Assembly: GCA_043803385.1 (NCBI GenBank)
Contig: JAZDKA010000018.1
Location: 1-48,411, forward strand
Length of the DNA: 48,411 nucleotides
Reading direction: 5' to 3'
Source of the DNA: Patescibacteria group bacterium
Lineage (GTDB): Bacteria > Patescibacteriota > Minisyncoccia > Moranbacterales > JAKLHP01
Shown: positions 7,642-15,707 of the stretch, one piece after another
Layout of the letters: each line of letters begins with the position of its first letter
Numbering within the stretch: the first letter of the stretch is position 1
Notes under the pieces: model-generated
Databases searched by the model: none
What the model was told of the DNA's origin: nothing
Seen by the model: only the letters and a program-made list of their open reading frames with translations
Translations under genes and position numbers: made by a program

Positions 7642-9966
7642 ATGTTTTTAAAAAAGATCGAAATTTCAGGATTTAAGTCTTTCGCGCAGAAAACCGTGTT
7701 GGAATTTGCCAATGGCAATGATACTCCAGATGATGGAAAAATGTTTCCCATTACAGCAGTAGTAGGTCCCAATGGTTCGGGAAAATCCAACGTGGCAGAT
7801 GCTATTCGCTGGGCGATGGGAGAGCAATCGATGAAAAATCTGCGCGGAAAGAAGTTGGAAGATATTATTTTTGCCGGTTCCGGAAAAAAAGAACGCCTGG
7901 GAAGAGCCTGGGTTTCTCTGCATTTTGACAATCACGATAAAAGGATTCCGCTTGAGTTTACCGAAGTTGTCATTACCCGAAAATTATTCAGGAGCGGGGA
8001 ATCAGAATATCTTATCAATGGGAGCAAAGTCCGTCTTTTGGATGTTGTCGATCTTCTGGCGAAAGCCGGCATTGGAAGAGAAAGCTACTGCGTTATTAAT
8101 CAGGGGATGTCGGATTCAGTTTTGAATGCGACTCCGTCGGAAAGAAGAATTGTTTTGGAAGACGCGGCCGGAGTAAAGCACTTTCAAATTCAGAAAGAAA
8201 GAGCAATTAGAAAACTGGATCTTACTAGAGAAAATTTGTCGAGAGTAGGGGATTTGATAAAAGAAATCGAACCGCATCTCCGAATGCTCAAAAGGCAAGC
8301 GGAAAAAGCGCAAAAAGGAAAAGATGTGGCTGAAAAACTGAAGGAAAAGCAGCTTAAATTATATTCCTATCTTTGGTACAGTTTTCAGGAGGAAAAGAAT
8401 AATGTTTTGGGAGAAAAGAATGATTATGGAGCCAAGATGATGAATGTTCAGCGCGAAATCGACAAAATTAACGACGAACTCAATAAATATTCCAAAGAAG
8501 TTCAAAGTTCGGAAAAACAGGAAGTGCTGGAAAAGAGAAAACAGGAATTTATCAGCAGGCTTAACGCGCTGGAAAAAGAACTGGTAATAACAGAAGGGAG
8601 AGCGGTGATAGAGGCGGAAAGAAGCAAAGCGCAGAAAATCATAGAAAGCATTCCGGTTGACCTGGAATATGTGAAAGAAAAACTTTCAAAAATAAGAAAA
8701 GATCAGGATAAATTAACCGAATTTTTGAAATCAGCGGAGAAATTGGAAGATCTGGAAAATATTAAAAAGATTGCCAAAGACATAGGTAGGGAACTGGCAG
8801 ATCTCTACGAGGAAGCGCAAAAGGGCGAAGTAATACAGGAGAACACAGAAGCGGAAAGGAATAACACAGAAACGGAGAAAAAAATAAAGGGATTAGGGGA
8901 TAACAAGACAAGATTAGAAAAAGAAATAGGAGAACTGAAAATTGAAATAGGGGGAATCGAGAAAGAGATAGAGCAAGAAAGAGAAGCGGGAAAAAAGGCT
9001 CGCCAGAAATTTTTCGATCTGGAAAAGGGAATTAGCCGCAAACAGGAAGAACTCAATAAACTGAAAGACCAGTTCAACGAGTATAAAATCAAACAGGCAA
9101 GAATTGAGGTCAGAGAAGAAGACTTAATGAGTGAAATCAAGCAGAAAATAAAACTTGAGCCGTCAGAACTCAAGTATGACGGCAGTGAAGTGAATAAAGA
9201 GGAGATGGGACGGGAAATTCAGAGGCTTAAAGTCCAATGGGAGCAGATTGGGGGAATTGATCCGATGATAGTCGATGAATATGAAGAAACCAAAAAAAGA
9301 TTTGAATTTTTAAATCAGGAGTCCAAGGATCTTGAGGAAGCGATAAAATCCTGTAAGGAAGTAATCAAGGAGATGGATGGGAAAATCAAAGACGTTTTCG
9401 AAGGCGCTTTCAAAAAAATAAACGAAGAATTTTCCAAATATTTTAAAATTATTTTCGGAGGAGGAAGCGCGCATCTAACTAAGTCGAAAGTCGAAAGTCG
9501 AAAGTCGAAAGTCTCGGAAGGAGATTTAGCGAATAAAGAATTAACTGAATCGGATGGTGAAAATATTGAAGATATAGAGGAAAGTGAAGAGAAAGAAGAA
9601 ATTGGGGTTAATATTTCCGCTTGTCCGCCGGGAAAGAAAATTAATAACCTCAATATGCTCTCCGGAGGAGAAAGATCGCTTACTTCTTTGGCTTTGCTCT
9701 TCGCTATCATTTCCCACAATCCGCCTCCATTTGCAATCCTGGACGAAGTAGAAGCAGCGCTTGATGAAGCTAATTCCAGGCGGTTTAGCCGGATTATCCA
9801 AGAGCTTTCCGATAATACTCAATTCATTACCATTACCCATAATCGGGAAACAATGCGCCAAGCATCATTATTATACGGCGTTACAATGGGCGAAGACGGA
9901 ATTTCAAAATTATTGTCTGTGAGATTAGACCAGATTGGCCAAGGCGGAAGAATTATCAATAGTTGA
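7642..9966 (+). CDS. smc: SMC-family chromosome segregation ATPase (short, no recognisable hinge)
   Basis: GFKSF, GPNGSGKSN Walker A, LSGGE signature, LDEVEAALD Walker B/D-loop, ITH, coiled coils; only 774 aa. Confidence 0.9.
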   Translation: MFLKKIEISGFKSFAQKTVLEFANGNDTPDDGKMFPITAVVGPNGSGKSNVADAIRWAMGEQSMKNLRGKKLEDIIFAGSGKKERLGRAWVSLHFDNHDKRIPLEFTEVVITRKLFRSGESEYLINGSKVRLLDVVDLLAKAGIGRESYCVINQGMSDSVLNATPSERRIVLEDAAGVKHFQIQKERAIRKLDLTRENLSRVGDLIKEIEPHLRMLKRQAEKAQKGKDVAEKLKEKQLKLYSYLWYSFQEEKNNVLGEKNDYGAKMMNVQREIDKINDELNKYSKEVQSSEKQEVLEKRKQEFISRLNALEKELVITEGRAVIEAERSKAQKIIESIPVDLEYVKEKLSKIRKDQDKLTEFLKSAEKLEDLENIKKIAKDIGRELADLYEEAQKGEVIQENTEAERNNTETEKKIKGLGDNKTRLEKEIGELKIEIGGIEKEIEQEREAGKKARQKFFDLEKGISRKQEELNKLKDQFNEYKIKQARIEVREEDLMSEIKQKIKLEPSELKYDGSEVNKEEMGREIQRLKVQWEQIGGIDPMIVDEYEETKKRFEFLNQESKDLEEAIKSCKEVIKEMDGKIKDVFEGAFKKINEEFSKYFKIIFGGGSAHLTKSKVESRKSKVSEGDLANKELTESDGENIEDIEESEEKEEIGVNISACPPGKKINNLNMLSGGERSLTSLALLFAIISHNPPPFAILDEVEAALDEANSRRFSRIIQELSDNTQFITITHNRETMRQASLLYGVTMGEDGISKLLSVRLDQIGQGGRIINS

Positions 9967-10059
9967 CATTTCTTGGCTTGTCTAGTAATATAATTTAGTA
10001 ATATTTATATGGATTTCATTCGGGAAAATGCTCTCTCTGAATGATTTTAATTGCAAAAA

Positions 10060-10533
10060 ATGCTTACTATCAGATTTAACCGAGTCGGGAAAAGAAACAA
10101 GGCTTATTTTAGAATTGTTCTCCAGGAACATACAATTGCTCCGGGAGGAAAACATATCGAAATTTTAGGAAGCTATGATCCACATCTCAAAAAAGCGGTT
10201 TTGAAAGCTGAAAAAATTAAAGAATGGATAAAAAAAGGAGCTCAAGCTTCCGATTCCGCTTATAATTTATTTATAAAAGAAGGAGTTTTGGAGGGAAAGA
10301 AAAGAGCGGTGAAAATTCCGAAGAAGGTTGAACCTGAAACTGCTGAAACCGTTGCAGACGATAAAAAATCAGATGAAGGAATCAAGCCCGAAGAATCCAA
10401 GGCAGAAGAAGTAAAAAAAGAAGAACCGAAAAAAGAACTCGCCGACACCAAGACTATGGCAGACAAGAAATCAAAGCAGGAAGAAGTGAAAGTTGAGGAT
10501 TCTAAAACTGAAGAAACTATTGACAAGAAATAG
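10060..10533 (+). CDS. rpsP: 30S ribosomal protein S16 with long charged C-terminal tail
   Basis: MLTIRFNRVGKRNKAYFRIV...IEILGSYDP...WIKKGAQAS. Confidence 0.93.
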   Translation: MLTIRFNRVGKRNKAYFRIVLQEHTIAPGGKHIEILGSYDPHLKKAVLKAEKIKEWIKKGAQASDSAYNLFIKEGVLEGKKRAVKIPKKVEPETAETVADDKKSDEGIKPEESKAEEVKKEEPKKELADTKTMADKKSKQEEVKVEDSKTEETIDKK

Positions 10534-10572
10534 TTTATAAGCTAGGATAAATTAGTAAAATTTGAATAAATT

Positions 10573-10652
10573 TTTCCGCAGACAGTAGGCATTTTATAAG
10601 TCCTATCGAGGAAAATAATCCCATTTTTGGGATTGTGTTGGTTCTGCGGAAA
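10573..10652 (+). promoter_or_regulatory. L10 leader (rplJL autogenous control element)
   Basis: AGACAGTAGG...CCTATCGAGG core inside a ttccgcag/ctgcggaa stem, upstream of rplJ. Confidence 0.75.
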
Positions 10653-10746
10653 GGCAGAACTTTTAATTATATAAATCGCGAATCGACGCTAATTTTTCGC
10701 GAATATTCGCGAATTCATTTGAGATTGATTAGTGATTTAAATTATC

Positions 10747-11265
10747 ATGCAAACTAAAGCTCAAAAAAAAGAATTAGTTAAAGATATGGCTTCCAAAATC
10801 AGAGAAGCCAAGGCTATTGTCTTTGCCGATTTTAAAGGAGTGAAAGTTAAGGACTTAACCGCGCTGAAAAAGGAACTTCGAAAAGAAGGGGTCGAATTTA
10901 AGGTTTCAAAAAAAACTTTGATCAATATTGCTTTTAAAGAAGTGGGAATCGAAGTTGATACCAAAAAAATGGAAGGGCAGGTTGCCGTTTCCATTTCTTC
11001 CCAAGACGAAGTAGCTCCGGCAAAAATTATCAGCAAATTTTCGAAAGCCAATGAAAATCTCAAGATATTGGGTGGAATTTTGGAAAAGAAGTTTATGGAT
11101 ATTAATAAAGTAAAAGCTTTGGCCAAACTTCCGAGCAAAGAAGAACTTCTTGGAAATTTAGTCAGGACTATTCAGGCTCCAATTTCTGGATTTGTAAATG
11201 TCTGCGCCGGTAATTTGAGAGGATTGGTACAGGTTTTGAAAGGTATTAGTGAAAGTAAAAATTAA
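10747..11265 (+). CDS. rplJ: 50S ribosomal protein L10
   Basis: KVSKKTL and [11 protein letters not shown] motifs; adjacent to rplL. Confidence 0.95.
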   Translation: MQTKAQKKELVKDMASKIREAKAIVFADFKGVKVKDLTALKKELRKEGVEFKVSKKTLINIAFKEVGIEVDTKKMEGQVAVSISSQDEVAPAKIISKFSKANENLKILGGILEKKFMDINKVKALAKLPSKEELLGNLVRTIQAPISGFVNVCAGNLRGLVQVLKGISESKN

Positions 11266-11318
11266 TTTTAGATAAGTCTTATGGGACGTATTCGACCTAT
11301 TTGACCTATAAAAAAACA

Positions 11319-11723
11319 ATGCTAGGAGACAAAAAAGAAGTAACAGTTCCGGAAAAGTTCAAATCAATCGTTTCAGAAATTGAGAAAATGAGCGTTTTGG
11401 ATCTGTCCGAACTGGTAAAAATTCTCGAAGAAAAATTCGGCGTAAGCGCAGCCGCTCCTGTAATGATGGGAGCCGCTATGCCAGGAGCAGCTATTGAAGA
11501 GGTTGAAGAAAAAACCGAATTTGATGTCGAGCTAACCGCTGCTGGAGCGCAGAAAATTAACGCAATCAAGGCTGTCAGGGAAATTACCGGACTTGGTCTC
11601 AAAGAAGCGAAAGATCTCGTTGACGGAGCGCCAAAGGTAATCAAAGAAAAAGTTGCCAAAGTTCAAGCTGAAGAATTTAAGAAAAAACTCGAAGATGCCG
11701 GAGCAACGGCAGCACTAAAATAA
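11319..11723 (+). CDS. rplL: 50S ribosomal protein L7/L12
   Basis: [34 protein letters not shown]. Confidence 0.97.
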   Translation: MLGDKKEVTVPEKFKSIVSEIEKMSVLDLSELVKILEEKFGVSAAAPVMMGAAMPGAAIEEVEEKTEFDVELTAAGAQKINAIKAVREITGLGLKEAKDLVDGAPKVIKEKVAKVQAEEFKKKLEDAGATAALK

Positions 11724-11746
11724 TCCCAGATTTTTAGGCCTATAAC

Positions 11747-11778
11747 AAAAAAGACTTCCGATCAAAGAAGTCTTTTTT
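11747..11778. terminator. Bidirectional intrinsic terminator
   Basis: aaaaaagactt...aagtctttttt between convergent genes. Confidence 0.75.
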
Positions 11779-11823
11779 AGTTGTAAAATCGCTGAAAGTT
11801 TTTTTCATTTATTTTTTATAATT

Positions 11824-12366
11824 TCATTCCATAGTTGGGATTTCTTTTTGATCCCAATTAGCGAGAGCAATTATGATTTTGCTATTAAGCAGATTATTTT
11901 TATCCCATCCGGCAAGAGCAGAGGCGCGGTGCATTCCTTCAACTAGAATAATTTTATCTTTGTAAATAATTCCTGTGAACATCGTTTCTTTAGGAAAATC
12001 TTTCTTTATGCTTAAAATTTTAAGGTTATCTTTAATTATTGGCAAATCCAGAATTTCCTTGAGCTGTTTAGTTTTTTCCCCGCTATAAGCTTTTTTTATC
12101 CAGGAAACAGAAGGAACGCCATAAATTAACGGAAAATCTTTAAGCGGATATCGTATCTCATATAAATTCCATTCGAGAGTTTCAGGCGAAAGGGGAACGG
12201 CATAGGCTTCTCTCCATTCATCCCAGGAATCAAAACCTTGCTCTCGCCAGTGTTTTTTCCAAGATTCCTGCCACGCTTCGCCTTTTCGCCAAACATCAAA
12301 AACCTCATTCCATTTTATTGGTTTGATAAATTCAAAAGAAGCATATTGTTTTGGAATTTTTAGCAT
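11824..12366 (-). CDS. Hypothetical protein, possible ParB/Srx-like fold
   Basis: 180-aa Trp-rich ORF with ILVEGMHR, which resembles the ParB/Srx G-x-(H/R)-R motif. Confidence 0.65.
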   Translation of the reverse strand: MLKIPKQYASFEFIKPIKWNEVFDVWRKGEAWQESWKKHWREQGFDSWDEWREAYAVPLSPETLEWNLYEIRYPLKDFPLIYGVPSVSWIKKAYSGEKTKQLKEILDLPIIKDNLKILSIKKDFPKETMFTGIIYKDKIILVEGMHRASALAGWDKNNLLNSKIIIALANWDQKEIPTME

Positions 12367-12384
12367 AATAAGCGATTAAAGTTG

Positions 12385-13635
12385 TTAAATTATTTTTTTC
12401 CGAAGCGAATCACTGGGCAATTTTGAAGCTATGATTAATCCTAAGATTATGAAAATGGTCATTGAAAATGCAGCCACTCGGTAATTCATATTTCCGGTTT
12501 TTGGAATCAATGTCACAATCAGTCCCCAGGACAAAGGGCCAATGAAAGTAGCAAATCTTTCAAAAAGAGTATAAAAAGTAAAAGACTTGTTCAGCATATT
12601 ACGAGGAGTGAGTTGCAGGAGGAAGGCTCTGGAGACAGTCCATATTGGGCCAAACCAAAGTCCCATTGCCAGAGAAATTATTATAAAAAAAGAAAAATTT
12701 TTCGTAATTGCCATTGCCGGAAATATGATTAGCCATCCTGCCAGCACTCCCAATAATGTTTTTTTAAAACCGATTTTGTCGGCAATCCAGCCGCTTAGCA
12801 AAGCTCCAATTGCCGATGTTACCAAAATTCCCAGTAAAAGAAAGGATTTAGTTGTATCATCTACGCCGAATAATTTTTCCAAATAAATAGGAAAATTATT
12901 GGAAGAGGTAATTATTGCATCGTTAAATAAAAAATAAGCCAGGAAGAAGCGTCCAACACCCACTGACTTAAAAAGATCTTTAGTCGAACTAATTATATTT
13001 CGATATTCTTCCCGGATGCTTATGGGAACAGTCTTTTTCCGGGCACTTTCTTTAAATAATAAGATAATCGGCAAGGAAAAAATAAAAAATAAAAGAGAAG
13101 CAGGAATGAGAGTCTGGGCACGAGTAGATGCCGATGAAAATAATATTATTGCTCCAGTTGCAATCGGCAGAGTTATCAGGAGACCAAATATTTGTCCTAG
13201 CCAATTTCCGAATTGTCCCCAGCCCGAAGCGAGTCCTTGTTTTTCCGGAAGCGCGACATCTTCAAGCATTGGATTATAGTAGGTAAAACAAAATAAGTAA
13301 AAGAAAGTTGCCAGAGTGAAGGTAATTATACTCAGTATGTAATAATCAGGATAGAAAACAGCAATTAATGCTGTCAGTAAGAAAAAGATAAAAGATAGAA
13401 TCGTTGTGATACGCAAACCAGGCAATCTAACTTTTAATTTATCAGCTATTGATCCGGCTACGGGAGCAATTAAAATAAATAAAATACTTGAACCGACAAA
13501 AGTGGCATTAAACCATAAATCTGGCAAGCCATGATCTATGACTAGCCATTGGGAATAATAAAGAAAAAATACGATGAATACTATGGAGTTAGCGAAATCA
13601 TACAAACTCCAAATAAGTAATTTCTTTTTATCCAT
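12385..13635 (-). CDS. MFS transporter (UMF1/Atg22-like family)
   Basis: WSLYDFANS N-terminus, about 12 TM segments, GSIADK and GWIADKIGFK MFS motif A copies. Confidence 0.9.
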   Translation of the reverse strand: MDKKKLLIWSLYDFANSIVFIVFFLYYSQWLVIDHGLPDLWFNATFVGSSILFILIAPVAGSIADKLKVRLPGLRITTILSFIFFLLTALIAVFYPDYYILSIITFTLATFFYLFCFTYYNPMLEDVALPEKQGLASGWGQFGNWLGQIFGLLITLPIATGAIILFSSASTRAQTLIPASLLFFIFSLPIILLFKESARKKTVPISIREEYRNIISSTKDLFKSVGVGRFFLAYFLFNDAIITSSNNFPIYLEKLFGVDDTTKSFLLLGILVTSAIGALLSGWIADKIGFKKTLLGVLAGWLIIFPAMAITKNFSFFIIISLAMGLWFGPIWTVSRAFLLQLTPRNMLNKSFTFYTLFERFATFIGPLSWGLIVTLIPKTGNMNYRVAAFSMTIFIILGLIIASKLPSDSLRKKII

Positions 13636-13755
13636 AAACTATAATAATTGTTTATGAGTTTAAGTATGCTTAAATTATCAGTCCAAACCTCGCTTTTTGC
13701 AAGAGGCAAGTTTCATAAATTATTCATCTTATCCATCTAATTTTCCATCGTTTTC

Positions 13756-13795
13756 AATGTGTCATTTTCCTACGGCCGTATAATTATGATACAAT
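13756..13795. repeat. Palindromic direct repeat, left copy
   Basis: aatgtgtcattttcctacggccgtataattatgatacaat; 36/40 identical to 14361-14400. Confidence 0.95.
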
Positions 13796-13801
13796 AGGAT
13801 T

Positions 13802-14362
13802 ATGTATAAATTTGGATCAGTGCAAAAGAAAATTATGCTTGCTCTCTTGGGCGGTGTAGCGCTGGGATGTTCTTATTCCCCTTGGCAATATTTTCGCACT
13901 TTCAGGAAAATACGAAAAGAGTGGAGAAGAATTGATCAGCGAAATTTTAACCGTTCCATCAGGAGGCTTTCGAAGGAAAAGTTAGTTGAAGAAGTGATGC
14001 TTGCTGATGGATCTTTCCGCTTAGTGCTAACGAAAAAAGGAAAACGGCAAGCTAAAATTCTCAATCTGCTTGGAAGCAGTATCTATTTTAAGAAACCAAA
14101 GCGTTGGGATGGTAAATGGAGGATTGTGATTTTTGATATTCCGGAAAAGGATCGGCTGTTTCGCGATATCTTGCGTGAGCATTTATATTCCCTCCAGTTT
14201 TTCAAATTGCAGCAAAGTGTTTTTGTTTCCCCGTATCCATTTGAAAAGCCTATTCTGGAATTGGTTTTTCTTTATTCGGCTGAACCATATGTCCGAGTAA
14301 TTACGGCCACAAAAATTGATAATGAAGCTAAGATTAAAAAACACTTTTTTAAGTCCGCTTAA
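13802..14362 (+). CDS. PaaX-like protein (wHTH plus Cas2-like domain)
   Basis: wHTH wing LTKKG followed by WDGKWRIVIFDIPE...R..L...F..LQQSVFVSP, the PaaX central/Cas2-like fold signature. Confidence 0.85.
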   Translation: MYKFGSVQKKIMLALLGGVALGCSYSPWQYFRTFRKIRKEWRRIDQRNFNRSIRRLSKEKLVEEVMLADGSFRLVLTKKGKRQAKILNLLGSSIYFKKPKRWDGKWRIVIFDIPEKDRLFRDILREHLYSLQFFKLQQSVFVSPYPFEKPILELVFLYSAEPYVRVITATKIDNEAKIKKHFFKSA

Positions 14363-14400
14363 TGTATCATTTTCCTACGGCCGTATTATAATGACACAAT
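14361..14400. repeat. Palindromic direct repeat, right copy
   Basis: aatgtatcattttcctacggccgtattataatgacacaat; overlaps the TAA stop of the PaaX-like gene. Confidence 0.95.
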
Positions 14401-14482
14401 TTAGAATGTTGGTAGTTGTAAATTTTTCATAAAAAAACGCCTGGAGAAATTCTAGCGAGAAAATCTCCAGGTAGATTGATGC

Positions 14483-15019
14483 CTATTTTATTTCTTTGAG
14501 GTCAAGAGTAATTCCTTTCACTATGGTTCCCTCGGGCACATGCAGGGCATACGATGAACTTCTGGTTCCATGAAGAAGCGATTCTGGTATCAAAAGCCAT
14601 GACAATATCCTTGTTTTCTTTCGGATTGTCTTTCCTGAAACCCTAGCCATATAGGCGTTGGTCCTTTTTTCTTCATATACCGTTGCGTTTTCAGCTATAA
14701 GTTTTCCTAATTTTTTCCCGCCGTCCGGCAACTGATAATAAAAGAAATAGTATGGAATGGATTCTATTCTTCCCGAACCGAGAAAAAATGCACCTTCTGT
14801 AGATCTGGAGTTGTTAAGTGCGACGAGTTCGACTCTATCTAGCTCTTCATATTTCTGCTCGCTTGGAGACATACTTACGACCGCAAACATGACAAATAAA
14901 GCAACCATGCCTCCAATGATCAAACCCATTATTCCTGATAAAATACGTTCTGTTTTGTCATCTCCTTTTTTGACACCGAGGTAAAGTCCCAATCCCATCA
15001 AAACGATAAAGATTACCAT
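14483..15019 (-). CDS. Hypothetical membrane-anchored protein
   Basis: Two N-terminal TM helices. GGAGGAG SD precedes the ATG at 15019. Hairpin plus A-run terminator at about 14431-14471. Confidence 0.7.
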   Translation of the reverse strand: MVIFIVLMGLGLYLGVKKGDDKTERILSGIMGLIIGGMVALFVMFAVVSMSPSEQKYEELDRVELVALNNSRSTEGAFFLGSGRIESIPYYFFYYQLPDGGKKLGKLIAENATVYEEKRTNAYMARVSGKTIRKKTRILSWLLIPESLLHGTRSSSYALHVPEGTIVKGITLDLKEIK

Positions 15020-15175
15020 AATGCTCCTCCTGTTTTTATATTTCATGCTTAGTTAGCATGCTTAATGCCAAAGAACAATCATTATTGATATGCAAATCCA
15101 TGATGAGAAATAATATAATATTAATTTACTTTTGTCAACTTTCCCAAAAAGAAGCAATAGTCAACGATCAACAAA

Positions 15176-15207
15176 TTTAACGGCTAAATCGCGATTTAGC
15201 CATTGAA
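15176..15207. repeat. Dispersed palindrome, copy 1
   Basis: Core ggctaaatcgcgatttagcc is a perfect 20-bp palindrome; near-identical to 42937-42968. Confidence 0.9.
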
Positions 15208-15707
15208 GCAAGAGGAGAAAGCGTTGCGATTATGGAACGATGTTGGAACTTGTGGCGGAGAGAACAGGAAACGCAAATTATTTAGAATGCTTTCCTTCTT
15301 TCTTAACATTTTTGATGCCTCTGTTTTTAACTTTTCCCTCAAGGCGGGAAGCTCGGCGCGGATTCTCTTTCCCAATTACTCTAAACTCCTTTTGACGGTC
15401 ATTTTTTTCACGCATATCCGGTAGTAGAAATTCGACAATTTATTCTTTTTATAAATTTATCGAATTAATGTTAATTTTTATTGTTTATTATACTTTTTCC
15501 GATTAGCGATTTTTTCAAAAAATCAGTCGAATTTTCACTACCGGACATATTTTTATGGGATCAGATCATTTAAGTTTTTGCTTAATCTGAACAAATTATA
15601 GCATTTCTTTGAAATTGGTGGTAGAATAGTTTTAGAACTGAACTTTAAGGGGTTTGGTTTTAAGTTTAATCAGGAGCTAATTAAAAGCGGGGAATTTATC
15701 AAAAAAT

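Noticed and set aside
13802-14362. CRISPR-Cas locus suggested by the Cas2-like domain
   Set aside because: No repeat-spacer array, cas1 or effector genes in the window. The domain is fused to a wHTH as in PaaX.
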